Shown one piece after another: positions 1-9,664 of a stretch of DNA of 44,702 nucleotides (position 1 is the stretch's first letter; each line of letters starts with the position of its first letter). The notes beneath the pieces were generated by a model, which was not told the origin of the DNA, searched no databases, and saw only the letters and a program-made list of their open reading frames with translations. A program made the translations under genes and the position numbers. The DNA comes from Candidatus Moanibacter sp. (GTDB lineage Bacteria > Verrucomicrobiota > Verrucomicrobiia > Opitutales > UBA2987), in assembly GCA_965215885.1 (NCBI GenBank), contig CBDCEW010000051.1, positions 1 through 44,702 of the forward strand, in the 5' to 3' direction.

Positions 1-273
1 TCAGCGACCCCGTAGCAAGCATGCTACATGGAATTACCAAGTTCAAGATGAATGGGAATAGTAGCGAGTAAAATTTGAGAGGGTGAGTGGGTAGCTGGAT
101 CGCTAAGCGATGCGGACATATTCCATGGCTTAGAGAGAATACGGCATCTAATTCGATAATGGATGCATTTTCACTGGAATCGATAACCAGGTCCTGAATT
201 TTTCCACGGTTGGGAATAAATTGTGAATAAGTTTCGTAAAAAAGTGGTAGTCGCGCTTGACTTTTCGGGGCAT

Positions 274-306
274 AATGTCAAAAAATGTCAAAAAATGGTG
301 AATTTG
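274..306 (+). promoter_or_regulatory. Candidate MraZ operator (10-bp-period direct repeats) upstream of the dcw operon
   Basis: AATGTCAAAA x2 (274-293), then AATGGTGAAT and TTGTC. TG cores at 276, 286, 296 and 305, just downstream of TTGACT (257-262). MraZ is known to bind 10-bp-period repeats upstream of mraZ. Confidence 0.45.
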
Positions 307-321
307 TCCAGCTAGAGGTAA

Positions 322-777
322 ATGATAAGGGTCGAGTCAGAGCCGTTTTACGTGGGGGAGTATCGGCATCGGATAGATGGTAAGAATCGTGTAACGATAC
401 CATCGAAATGGCGATTTTTGGGAGATGAAGCAGACATTTACGTTGGGTGGGGTCATCCCGAGGGGTATATAGCAGTTTATCCACCAAAGAAGATCGGGGA
501 ATTTCGGGAAAAGATAAAGGAGATCGCGGAAAGCGACCCGCGCGGGCAGCGGATACTCCGACAGCTATTCGGGAAAGCCCATCAGTTTGGGTGCGATCGC
601 CAGGGAAGGATAAAGCTGGATGAGAGTCTGGTGGAGATCGCCACGATCGAGAAGTCGGTCGTTCTGGTGGGATTGGGTGAGACCTTTAACATATGGAGCG
701 CGGAAAGGTATTTTCAGGAAGAAGAAGAGAAAGAGGACTTTGATTTGATCTCGGCGATGCGTGAATTTGGCATTTAG
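322..777 (+). CDS. mraZ: Division/cell wall cluster transcriptional repressor MraZ
   Basis: GEYRHRIDGKNRVTIPSKWR and CDRQGRIKL (two SpoVT/AbrB-type DxxxR motifs); first gene of the dcw cluster. Confidence 0.97.
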   Translation: MIRVESEPFYVGEYRHRIDGKNRVTIPSKWRFLGDEADIYVGWGHPEGYIAVYPPKKIGEFREKIKEIAESDPRGQRILRQLFGKAHQFGCDRQGRIKLDESLVEIATIEKSVVLVGLGETFNIWSAERYFQEEEEKEDFDLISAMREFGI

Positions 778-779
778 GG

Positions 780-829
780 GTCCTCCTTCGCTCCCGCTAA
801 GCGTGACTTCGAGGGAAGAGTAGGAGGAC
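780..829. repeat. Stem-loop directly after the mraZ stop
   Basis: GTCCTCCT (780-787) pairs with AGGAGGAC (822-829), with imperfect inner pairing. There is no U-tract, so it is not a classical intrinsic terminator. Confidence 0.5.
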
Positions 830-866
830 GTATGAAAGCGGAAAATGAAAGTGGAGGGATGAAAGA

Positions 867-1082
867 ATGAGAGTATTTAAGCGAGTGGGGCTGAGTCTGT
901 TGGCAAATGGGTTCCTGGCATCGGGAGAAGCTCGCCATTGTGCGGACTGGGAATTCAGGAATGCGGCGCAAGATACGATAACGATTCCGAGACCCCGGAG
1001 TGATTTTGAAACGAGGACCGGCGGGAGACGACGAGCACGAAATGCGGCGCGTTCACTACGCAATGTTCTACGTACCCGTTAG
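867..1082 (+). CDS. Small basic hypothetical protein (71 aa) between mraZ and rsmH
   Basis: ATG preceded by GGAGGG (853-858); fills most of the 325-bp mraZ-rsmH gap; ends 19 bp before rsmH; no recognisable motif. Confidence 0.4.
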   Translation: MRVFKRVGLSLLANGFLASGEARHCADWEFRNAAQDTITIPRPRSDFETRTGGRRRARNAARSLRNVLRTR

Positions 1083-1101
1083 CCTATTCGCACGAAAAGT
1101 A

Positions 1102-2034
1102 ATGTCGGATCACCTACCCGTATTGTTAGGTGAAGTATTGAGGATATTCAATCCTCTGGGAGGAGAGCGTTATCTCGATGCTACGTTCGGAGGGGGAGGG
1201 CACGCACGTGCGCTACTGGAAGCTGGACCAGATATAGAGGTAGTGGCGGTCGATTGCGATCCGGAGGCGAGAGAAAGGGCGAGGCCGTTTAAATCTGAAT
1301 TCGGCGAGAGATTTCGGTATTACGATTTGAATTTTCGAGATCTGGAAAAAGTAGAGGAGGAGGATTTTGACGGAGTATTGATGGATCTGGGTTTATCCTC
1401 CTATCAGTTGGAAGCCGCTGAGCGGGGATTCTCCTTTCTCCGCGCGGGCCCGACGGACATGCGATTTGATCCACGTCGGGGAATGTCGGCGGAGGAATTT
1501 CTGGAGAGAGCAGAGGAACGGAACCTGATTCGTGCAGTGCGAGACTTTGGTGAGGAGCGGCACTGGCGACGGTTGGTGCAAGCAATCCTGGAAGCTCGAG
1601 GGACAGGAATCCTGGGGGCGACTGACAGGTTGGCGGAAAGCGTCAGTAAGTTGGTGGGGAAGCCACGGGCACACAGGAGAGGAGTGCATCCGGCTACACG
1701 CCTGTTTCAGGGCATTCGCATTTCAGTGAACGGGGAGTTGGAGAATTTGAAGGCCGCCCTTCCGAAAGCTTTTAACATGCTGATGAAACACGGGGTTCTG
1801 GCGGTGATCAGTTTTCATTCGCTGGAGGACCGTCTGGTAAAACGATATTTTCGTCGATTGGCGGGAATGTCTGAACATGCAGGTGATTCACGACCCCAGC
1901 AATTTCGCGAGAAGAGAGCCGATTTGCTGACGACACGACCAAAGCGACCTTCAGAGGAAGAGGTAAGGGCCAATCCGCGCAGCCGCTCCGCTCGACTTCG
2001 ATCTTTGAGAAAGCGGGAGAGCGACAGAACCTGA
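1102..2034 (+). CDS. rsmH: 16S rRNA (cytosine1402-N4)-methyltransferase RsmH/MraW
   Basis: HLPVLL, DATFGGGGHA, MDLGLSSYQL, RGFSF, ISFHSLEDR, NPRSRSARLR. Start moved from the track's 1000 to ATG 1102 (MSDHLPV), the usual N-terminus. Confidence 0.97.
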   Translation: MSDHLPVLLGEVLRIFNPLGGERYLDATFGGGGHARALLEAGPDIEVVAVDCDPEARERARPFKSEFGERFRYYDLNFRDLEKVEEEDFDGVLMDLGLSSYQLEAAERGFSFLRAGPTDMRFDPRRGMSAEEFLERAEERNLIRAVRDFGEERHWRRLVQAILEARGTGILGATDRLAESVSKLVGKPRAHRRGVHPATRLFQGIRISVNGELENLKAALPKAFNMLMKHGVLAVISFHSLEDRLVKRYFRRLAGMSEHAGDSRPQQFREKRADLLTTRPKRPSEEEVRANPRSRSARLRSLRKRESDRT

Positions 2035-2050
2035 TCAGGGAAGAAGGGTA

Positions 2051-2449
2051 ATGCATACCTCGAAGAGCAATCTCCACCTTTACCAGGCGCTCACTCTAAT
2101 GATGATGGTGCTGCTCGTAGCCGCGGGAGGAGGATTAAGCATTGTATGGCTTCGCCACGAGATTGCGGATGCGGCTCGACGTATTCAGAAATATGAAGAG
2201 GAGCTGAGTGAAGCGAAAAGGCACATTCAGCATCTCGATACAAAGATTGCAGAGGTACACCAGCCCGAGTATCTGAAAAGACGAGTTAAGCAGCTGGGGC
2301 TGCGATTGGCGCGTCCAAGATCGAGACAGATAGTACGATTGGAGGAGACTTCTCAAAATTTGGAAGCGGATCGAAAGGGTAGCAGACAGAGACCAGGAAC
2401 TCACGAATTAGCCCTTGCCGGGTTTTCGGCGAGCGAACCTTCGGAATGA
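2051..2449 (+). CDS. ftsL: Cell division protein FtsL-like (bitopic, coiled coil)
   Basis: Single TM segment followed by a coiled coil (IQKYEEELSEAKRHIQHLDTKIAE) and a 'QLGL..P' tail; located between rsmH and ftsI. Confidence 0.8.
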   Translation: MHTSKSNLHLYQALTLMMMVLLVAAGGGLSIVWLRHEIADAARRIQKYEEELSEAKRHIQHLDTKIAEVHQPEYLKRRVKQLGLRLARPRSRQIVRLEETSQNLEADRKGSRQRPGTHELALAGFSASEPSE

Positions 2450-4242
2450 GTAAAGCGTTTATAGCGAGCTGGCGGGTGAGCATGGTGTCGACGGTTATTC
2501 TGTTGTGCTACGCGGGCCTATTCGGACGACTCTATTATTTGCATGTTTGGAAGAGGGAGAAATTAGCCCTGATCGCCGAACGCAATCGCGAAAATGTAGT
2601 CATCGAACAGGCAAGAAGAGGTAAGATAGTCGACTCGCGAGGAAATTTGCTGGCGGCCAATCGGGCAGTAATTGAGTTAGGGGTTGATCCGGAATTGGTG
2701 GATTCGATCGACGATTGGAAATATGAACGACTTGCGCGCCTTATCAAGGCTTCCGAGAAGGAAATTCGCAAGAATCTCAGAAGAGGCGTCTATTACGTTA
2801 AAGAAGGGGAAAGCCGCCGAAAGAGATTCGTTCGTTGGCGGAAGATATCGGATGGAGTCGATGAGGCGACCTACGAGAAAGTCATGGGTCTCGGGATAGG
2901 CGGAGTCTACGGAAATCGAAAATACGAACGTACTTATCCGGGTGGGGAGCTGGCTGCACATCTCCTGGGATTTCTCAATAAAGAAGAGAAAGCGGTAACA
3001 GGGGTGGAGCGGTATATGGACTTTTATCTCAAGGGCCAGGACGGCTGGCGAGAAACGGAACGGGACGGCAGGAGACAGGAGCTGGCACAATTTCGGAGCC
3101 GCGAAGTCGAGCCTGCGGATGGTCTGACGGTTGAGATGACGATCGACTCTGCGGTTCAGCACATCATCGAAGAAGAGCTCGAGAGAGTCGCCGCTGACTA
3201 TCGACCCGAATCTGCTACCGTCGTTGTGAGCGAACCGGCCACGGGTTTCATACTCGGTCTTGCAAACTACCCGACCTATGATCCAAATCGATTTTGGGGA
3301 TTTCCCCTCGAAGCCCATCGCAATCGGGCCGTGACGGATGTATACGAGCCGGGATCGACATTTAAGATCGTGGCGGCCAGTGGGGTATTGAATGAAGGGT
3401 TAGCGAATCTTGAGACGATCCTGGATTGCACTCGCAGGGCGGTCAAGGACGGCGAGGCGCTCGTAAATCTGCCCGAAGATTATCGGGAGTTCGGATTGCT
3501 ATCGCTGAAAGAAGTCGTGTCAAAATCCAGCAATCGCGGAGCGGCTCAGTTGGGGGTACTGCTGGGAAAGCACCAGTTGAGGATGTACGCTCACGCTTTC
3601 GGATTCGGTGAGGAAACGGGCTACGGACTAGGGGGGGAGGTAGGAGGTACTCTGCATCCTGTAAGCGCGTGGGATGGGCTAACGATCGGGCGACTTCCGA
3701 TCGGGTACACCGTAAATGCGACACCGTTACAGATGCATTTTGCGATGTCTGTAATCGCCAATGGGGGTATTCTTATGACGCCTAGGGCTGTGGGGCGCAT
3801 CCTGGATGAAACAGGTAAACCCGTGGTGAACTTTTCTCCAAGGCCAAAGCGTCGGGTCATCAGCAACGGCACGGCGGAAGCGATGGCAGGGGTACTAATG
3901 GAAGTTGCGGGACCGAGCGGTACCGCGCCGCTGGCGGCTATACCCGGACATGAGGTAGCGGGAAAGACGGGGACAGCGCGTAAGCTCGTTGACGGACGTT
4001 ATTCCGATAGCCATCACATCGCATCATTCACAGGATTTTTTCCGGCGTCGCGACCACGGATTCTCATAACGGTTCTGGTGAACGATCCGAGCACGGGCGG
4101 TCCAGCCTACGGTGGACGGGTGGCGGCTCCGGCATTTCGAAACGTAGCCGAGAAACTTATCCAGTACTACGCTATTCGGCCGACGAGAGAGGGTGTCGAT
4201 TTACTGGCTTGGAAAGGAGGGAGCGTTGGACGCGGTCGTTGA
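2446..4242 (+). CDS. ftsI: Class B penicillin-binding protein FtsI/PBP3
   Basis: RGKIVDSRG, ERTYPGG, STFK (SxxK), SSN (SxN), KTGT; ATGA overlap with ftsL. Confidence 0.95.
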   Translation: MSKAFIASWRVSMVSTVILLCYAGLFGRLYYLHVWKREKLALIAERNRENVVIEQARRGKIVDSRGNLLAANRAVIELGVDPELVDSIDDWKYERLARLIKASEKEIRKNLRRGVYYVKEGESRRKRFVRWRKISDGVDEATYEKVMGLGIGGVYGNRKYERTYPGGELAAHLLGFLNKEEKAVTGVERYMDFYLKGQDGWRETERDGRRQELAQFRSREVEPADGLTVEMTIDSAVQHIIEEELERVAADYRPESATVVVSEPATGFILGLANYPTYDPNRFWGFPLEAHRNRAVTDVYEPGSTFKIVAASGVLNEGLANLETILDCTRRAVKDGEALVNLPEDYREFGLLSLKEVVSKSSNRGAAQLGVLLGKHQLRMYAHAFGFGEETGYGLGGEVGGTLHPVSAWDGLTIGRLPIGYTVNATPLQMHFAMSVIANGGILMTPRAVGRILDETGKPVVNFSPRPKRRVISNGTAEAMAGVLMEVAGPSGTAPLAAIPGHEVAGKTGTARKLVDGRYSDSHHIASFTGFFPASRPRILITVLVNDPSTGGPAYGGRVAAPAFRNVAEKLIQYYAIRPTREGVDLLAWKGGSVGRGR

Positions 4243-5815
4243 GAGAGCAGGCATTTCAATACGTCGCCCACAGTTTTCTGGAATCTCTTCTCGAAGTGGC
4301 GAAAAGGATTGGGAAACGTCGGCAACCGGCAGTGCGATGAAATTCGAATTGCGAGATCTTCTAAAAGAAGTTCGGGTCCTCGATTTTAAGGGAGACTGGG
4401 AAACCGAAATCCAGTCTATCTTCGCGGACAGCCGGCGTGTGATCCCGCAATCGCTTTTTTTTGCCTTGGAAGGACTGCGGACGGATGGAAATCTCTTCGC
4501 GGAAGAAGCGATTGGCCGGGGTGCGTGCGCGGTAGTCTCAGAGAAGCCGGCCGGTCGACTGACAAGAGTGGCCCATGTGCAGGTGAAAGATGCCCGAAGG
4601 GCGCTGGCCGCGGTGGCGCGCCGATTTTATGGGAATCCGCAGGACAGTCTTGAGATGGTTGGAGTGACCGGCACAAATGGCAAGACGACAGTTGCTTACC
4701 TGCTTAAACATCTCCTCACCACTCCGGAGAGAAAGATAGGTATGATGGGAACTGTAGAGTACGATCTGGGAGAGAGAACCGTGCCAGCTAACCGCACCAC
4801 GCCTGAATCGAACGAACTCTATGCGATGTTGGCCGAAATGCGAAGGAGTGGATGTGAATTGGGGATCATGGAGGTAAGCTCGCATGGAATCGAGCAGCGG
4901 CGAGTGGACGGTCTGAAGCTCAAACTAGCGATTTTCCTGAATCTGTCACACGAGCATATCGATTACCACGGGACGAAAGAGAGATACTTCGAAGTCAAGT
5001 GCGGTCTTTTTACGGGAGAAACGGGGTCGATCCCCGAGATCGCGGTGGTAAACGTCGACGACCCTTACGGACGGCGGTTAATCGAACGCATATCCAGAGA
5101 TACCCGAGTTCTGACATTTGGGGAAAGCGCGGATGCCGAAATTCACGCCAGAGAATTCGAACTGAGCGCGGAGGGAAGCCGATTCATGTTGAGATGGCCG
5201 GAAGGATCAGCGGCGATCTCGACATCGCTGCTGGGAAAGTATAATGTGAGCAATACATTGGCGGCAATCTCAGCCTGTTACGCTTTAGGGCACGATCCGG
5301 CGAAACTCGCGCAAAGGTTGATGGACTTCTCTGGAGTATCCGGCCGCATGGAGCGGATCGATGAAGGCCAGCCTTTCATCTTGCTGGTTGACTATGCGCA
5401 CACCGACGACGCGTTGAGTAACGCTTTATCCATGCTTCGAGCGGTCACTTCGGGGCGAATTTTAGTGGTTTTCGGTTGTGGCGGTGATCGCGACAGAGCA
5501 AAGCGGCCGGTTATGACGCGCGTAGTGATGGAATATGCCGACCGCGTTTGGGCAACTGCCGATAATCCACGAAGTGAGTCGCGAGAGTCGATATTTGAAG
5601 ATATGAGACTGGGAGTGACAGAGGCGGAGCGTATTCGGTTCGTGGATGATCGCCGCCTCGCGATCAGCCTGGCCCTGGATGAGGTTGAACCTGGAGATTG
5701 CCTTCTCATAGCAGGCAGGGGACACGAGAGTTTTCAGGAATTCCGCGATTCGATGGTGCCGTTTGACGATCGGAAAGTGGCTCGAGAAGTACTCAGGTCG
5801 ATGAGGAATCAGTAA
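4226..5815 (+). CDS. murE: UDP-N-acetylmuramoyl-L-alanyl-D-glutamate--2,6-diaminopimelate ligase
   Basis: GVTGTNGKTT, RTTPES, MEVSSHG, VDYAHT, FGCGGDRD; DNPR motif indicates meso-DAP specificity. Start is either TTG 4226 (AAGGAGG SD 5 nt upstream) or ATG 4337. Confidence 0.96.
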   Translation: MDAVVERAGISIRRPQFSGISSRSGEKDWETSATGSAMKFELRDLLKEVRVLDFKGDWETEIQSIFADSRRVIPQSLFFALEGLRTDGNLFAEEAIGRGACAVVSEKPAGRLTRVAHVQVKDARRALAAVARRFYGNPQDSLEMVGVTGTNGKTTVAYLLKHLLTTPERKIGMMGTVEYDLGERTVPANRTTPESNELYAMLAEMRRSGCELGIMEVSSHGIEQRRVDGLKLKLAIFLNLSHEHIDYHGTKERYFEVKCGLFTGETGSIPEIAVVNVDDPYGRRLIERISRDTRVLTFGESADAEIHAREFELSAEGSRFMLRWPEGSAAISTSLLGKYNVSNTLAAISACYALGHDPAKLAQRLMDFSGVSGRMERIDEGQPFILLVDYAHTDDALSNALSMLRAVTSGRILVVFGCGGDRDRAKRPVMTRVVMEYADRVWATADNPRSESRESIFEDMRLGVTEAERIRFVDDRRLAISLALDEVEPGDCLLIAGRGHESFQEFRDSMVPFDDRKVAREVLRSMRNQ

Positions 5816-7236
5816 TGCCGAAATATCGAGCAGCAGACCTCGCTGAATGGTCCTCGGGAAAGTGGCACCAAGGAGCACCTGCGGAAATTCGTGGTTTCTC
5901 GATTGACTCGCGGATTCTGAAACAAGGTGAGATATTTGTCGCCCTCGAGACAGAGAGACGCGACGGCCACAATTATCTCAATTCGGCAAAAAACAGGAGA
6001 GCCAGCGGCGCCCTCGTATCGCGCATAGATGAGAAGGTGGACCTGCCGCAGCTGCTTGTCGAAAATACACTACAGAGCCTGCAGAAAATTGCCGCGGAGT
6101 GGCGGCGCCGGTTCCCGGGGCCGGTTATCGGCATAACCGGGAGTTGCGGCAAAACCTCGACGAAGGAGCTTCTGGCCTTACTTTTGGGTGACGCCGGGGT
6201 GCATAAAACGAGGGCGAACTTGAACAATCAAATAGGCGTTCCGTTGACCCTGTTAGAAATCGATCCGACCCATCATCGCTACGCGCTGGTGGAAGCGGGG
6301 AGCAATACTCCCGGAGAGATTGAGCTACTCGCCAAATTGATCGACTCGACCCAAAGTCTGATTACAGGGGTTGCGCCGGCGCACCTGGAAAACTTCGGCA
6401 CAGTGGAAAACATCGCTCATGAAAAAGCGCAATTGGGGCGGTTTACACGTGCAGACGGAACCGTTGTCTTTCCACATTCTTGTTCCCGCTACGCAAGTTT
6501 CCACGATTTTTCAGCGACATCGATGATACTGGTGCCGGAAGGCGTTTCCGGCCCTTTGTCAATCCCCGAAAGTAACGTTGTGCACTGGCGTGCACGACGT
6601 GGCAGCCTCCAGATGAGTGGTTGCCGGATGACTCTCCGGCAACCACCATCGAGGGAGAAAACGTTTGAAGTGCCTCCATGCAGTCCCGGGATGGTTGCCA
6701 ATAGCGCTCTGGCAGTTGTCATGGCGATGATGCTGGGCAGGAGCGAGGAGGCGGTTCAGGATGGGCTGCGGAAGTGGCGGCCGGCTCCCTTTCGCGGTGA
6801 GCTGCGTGAGATCGGAGAGAAGCGGTTCTACGTGGATTGCTACAACGCCAACCCAGCCTCAATGGCGGATGCGCTCATCGCATTTACGCAGTCCACAGCC
6901 GCCGAACTGTCCCGAATGTATATCCTTGGGTGCATGGCGGAGCTGGGAGAGCAAGCACCGCAATTGCATCGGGAAGTTGGAGCACTCATACGCCTGAATG
7001 CTGGAGACAGAGTCCTGATAATCGGCGAAGAAGCGAGGTACTTTCAGAATGGGATGGTAGAAGCAGGCAACTCGATTGAACAGATAACGGTGTTGGAGTC
7101 TCTCGATGAGGCCCGCGAGATATTGGAAAATTTTGAAGGAGCGATTTTTCTAAAAGGAAGCAGGGCATACGGGTTAGAAGCGCTGGTTCCCTCCGAGGGA
7201 AACGCTCAACAGAAAAAAATGGAAGAGGCATGCTGA
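5815..7236 (+). CDS. murF: UDP-N-acetylmuramoyl-tripeptide--D-alanyl-D-alanine ligase
   Basis: GITGSCGKTSTKE, NLNNQIGVPLTL, DCYNANPASM, MAELG, LKGSR. Confidence 0.96.
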   Translation: MPKYRAADLAEWSSGKWHQGAPAEIRGFSIDSRILKQGEIFVALETERRDGHNYLNSAKNRRASGALVSRIDEKVDLPQLLVENTLQSLQKIAAEWRRRFPGPVIGITGSCGKTSTKELLALLLGDAGVHKTRANLNNQIGVPLTLLEIDPTHHRYALVEAGSNTPGEIELLAKLIDSTQSLITGVAPAHLENFGTVENIAHEKAQLGRFTRADGTVVFPHSCSRYASFHDFSATSMILVPEGVSGPLSIPESNVVHWRARRGSLQMSGCRMTLRQPPSREKTFEVPPCSPGMVANSALAVVMAMMLGRSEEAVQDGLRKWRPAPFRGELREIGEKRFYVDCYNANPASMADALIAFTQSTAAELSRMYILGCMAELGEQAPQLHREVGALIRLNAGDRVLIIGEEARYFQNGMVEAGNSIEQITVLESLDEAREILENFEGAIFLKGSRAYGLEALVPSEGNAQQKKMEEAC

Positions 7237-8330
7237 GCTATCTCGCAGAATATGAAGGGTTTTTCGGTCCCCTGCGACTTTTTCGCTATCTGACATTTCG
7301 AAGCGTTCTGGCGGCGGCCACGGCATTGGGAATCGGCTTTCTATTCGCCCCTTGGCTATTGGAAAAACTGAAGTCTTTCAATCTCTCCCAGACGTTGCGC
7401 GATTCTTCGGAAGTGGGTAGGCTGGCTGAACTGCATGCGGGGAAAGAAAATACGCCGACCATGGGAGGGCTGCTCTTAGTTGTTGCCATTACGCTCAGCA
7501 CGTTGCTGTGGGCACGGCCTAACGTTTTAGTTCTGGTGGCCATTTTCGTTTTCGGCTCCTTAGCCGGAATTGGTTTTTTGGACGACTACCTGAAAATCAT
7601 GCGGAAGGATTCCGGTGGAATGGCAAGCCGGTATAAGATTGCTGCACAGGCGCTGATCGCCGTTTTAGCGCTCGCCTGCCTTCTGACAGACCAGACATTT
7701 TCGCATTTAACCAGACAAATATGGATTCCCTTTCTGAAGAGCCCATTGATAGAGGAAACTCCGACGTGGTTTCTTATTATTTTCTTTTTCGTGGTGCTGG
7801 CCGGTTCGAGCAACGCCATTAACCTGACCGATGGCGTGGATGGGTTGGCAATCGGATGCACAGTTTCAGTTGCGTTGGTATATGGAATAATGGCCTATGC
7901 GGCGGGACATACAATAATGGCCGATTATCTACTCATCAGTAATGTCTCGGAAGCGGGTGAGTTAGCGGTAGTGTGTGCCGCGATAGTGGGAGCAAGTTTG
8001 GCTTTTCTCTGGTATAATTGCCATCCCGCCGAAGTGTTCATGGGCGATACCGGATCCCTTGCCCTCGGGGGCCTGATCGGTGTCATTGCCTTGATGATTC
8101 ATCAACCTGTGACATTAGTCATCGTTGGCGGTATATTTGTGGTGGAGGCGCTATCGGTCATAATTCAGGTCACGTCGTATAAGACCCGAGGCAAACGTGT
8201 ATTTAAGATGGCGCCGATCCATCATCATTTCGAACTCATGGGATGGGCGGAATCAAAGGTAGTGGTTCGTTTCTGGATCCTCTCTTTGATATTCGCGATT
8301 TCCGGACTGGCTACCTTGAAACTACGTTAA
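7230..8330 (+). CDS. mraY: Phospho-N-acetylmuramoyl-pentapeptide transferase
   Basis: TPTMGG, GFLDDY, NAINLTDGVDGLA, FMGDTGS, MAPIHHHFE. Confidence 0.98.
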   Translation: MLSYLAEYEGFFGPLRLFRYLTFRSVLAAATALGIGFLFAPWLLEKLKSFNLSQTLRDSSEVGRLAELHAGKENTPTMGGLLLVVAITLSTLLWARPNVLVLVAIFVFGSLAGIGFLDDYLKIMRKDSGGMASRYKIAAQALIAVLALACLLTDQTFSHLTRQIWIPFLKSPLIEETPTWFLIIFFFVVLAGSSNAINLTDGVDGLAIGCTVSVALVYGIMAYAAGHTIMADYLLISNVSEAGELAVVCAAIVGASLAFLWYNCHPAEVFMGDTGSLALGGLIGVIALMIHQPVTLVIVGGIFVVEALSVIIQVTSYKTRGKRVFKMAPIHHHFELMGWAESKVVVRFWILSLIFAISGLATLKLR

Positions 8331-8355
8331 AAATGATTATGCGAGTTTACGAACG

Positions 8356-9648
8356 ATGAAAGAATTACCATCAGAGATTGCACCTCTACTCGATCAACCT
8401 GTGGCCATATTCGGGTGTGGAATAAGCGGACTGGCCGCAGCTGAACTGCTCGACAGCTTGAAAGTGGAATATCGGTTTTATGATGAAGTGAAAGAAGGGG
8501 GCGCCAGAGGAGTATTTTCGGCGCGAAATGCGAGAGAGCATCGTCTCGTCATTTACAGCCCAGGATTTACCTTTGAGCATAGATGGCTTAAGGAGGCACG
8601 CTGCGCCGGGTGTGTGTGTCTCGCTGAGATTGACTTTGCCTACCTGTCCTGGCGCGGAAGATTAATAGCGGTAACCGGAACCAACGGCAAGACGACTTTA
8701 ACTGAATTTCTCGCCTATTCCTTTAAACGACATAACATCGACGCGGTGGCAGTGGGAAACAATGGGTATCCACTTTCACGGCTCTGCGCGTCATCCAATA
8801 GGGAGGGCAGACTGGCGATCTGTGAGGTGAGTTCATTTCAGGCTGAGTCGCTTCGCTATTTTCGATCCGATGCCTTGATCTGGATAAATTTTCATGAGGG
8901 TCATGAGGACCGTTACAATTCGCAGGAAGGCTATTTCGCGTCGAAATGGAATCTGGTTGAACGGCTTTCGACGGGAGTGTTTCTGGCGGGAGAGAGCGTG
9001 GCCGAAGCAGCCGAGGATTTTGCTTACTCTCTCCCGGAAGAGACGACGATCGTAGGCAGATCGGGAAAGAATACATGGTTGCTTCCGGCAGGATCCGTGT
9101 TTGCGACCTATCCCCAACGTGAGAATCTCCAGTTTGCCAGGGTGTTTTGGGAAAGAGAGGGTTTGCCCGAACCCGCATTGAGGGCTTCGGCGGAACGTTT
9201 CCCGAGCCGCAGGCATCGTCTGATGAAAGTGACGGAAGTGGATGGTATCGGATTTTGGAACGACTCTAAAGGGACCAATTTTAGTGCTTCGCTGGCTGCG
9301 ATAAGCGAGTTTAGCCAGCCCCTGGTGTGGATCGGAGGTGGCAAGTTCAAAGGAGGAGAAGTCAACGGATTTGGGCATGAAGTAGCGAGTCGAGTAAAAT
9401 CCGGTTTTCTAATCGGAGAGACGGCCCCTTCGCTGGCCTTGTCATTCGCGGCAGCGGGAAAGCCCGCGGAATGCTTCAGTTCACTGGAAGATGCTGTGAC
9501 GTCAGCCTACGAATCGTCCGTCACGGGTGATGCCGTACTATTCAGTCCGGGTTTTTCGAGTTTCGATATGTTCAGAAATTTTGCGGAGAGGGGCAGTTGC
9601 TATGAAAGGGCCGTTTTGAATTTGAAGAATCAATTAATCCACCATTAG
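8356..9648 (+). CDS. murD: UDP-N-acetylmuramoyl-L-alanine--D-glutamate ligase
   Basis: GCGISG, VTGTNGKTT, EVSSFQ, HRL, NDSKGTN, SPGFSSFDMFRNFAERG. Confidence 0.96.
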   Translation: MKELPSEIAPLLDQPVAIFGCGISGLAAAELLDSLKVEYRFYDEVKEGGARGVFSARNAREHRLVIYSPGFTFEHRWLKEARCAGCVCLAEIDFAYLSWRGRLIAVTGTNGKTTLTEFLAYSFKRHNIDAVAVGNNGYPLSRLCASSNREGRLAICEVSSFQAESLRYFRSDALIWINFHEGHEDRYNSQEGYFASKWNLVERLSTGVFLAGESVAEAAEDFAYSLPEETTIVGRSGKNTWLLPAGSVFATYPQRENLQFARVFWEREGLPEPALRASAERFPSRRHRLMKVTEVDGIGFWNDSKGTNFSASLAAISEFSQPLVWIGGGKFKGGEVNGFGHEVASRVKSGFLIGETAPSLALSFAAAGKPAECFSSLEDAVTSAYESSVTGDAVLFSPGFSSFDMFRNFAERGSCYERAVLNLKNQLIHH

Positions 9649-9664
9649 AATTGAGGATGGAGCG

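Noticed and set aside
12..27. Perfect palindrome GTAGCAAGCATGCTAC-like hairpin at the window start
   Set aside because: It could be a GTAG REP or terminator stem, but it is a single short copy at the window edge and cannot be assigned.
1000..1101. Track starts for rsmH (1000), murE (4193) and ftsZ (17475)
   Set aside because: These are longest-ORF extensions overlapping upstream ORFs; homology and SD position favour the later starts.
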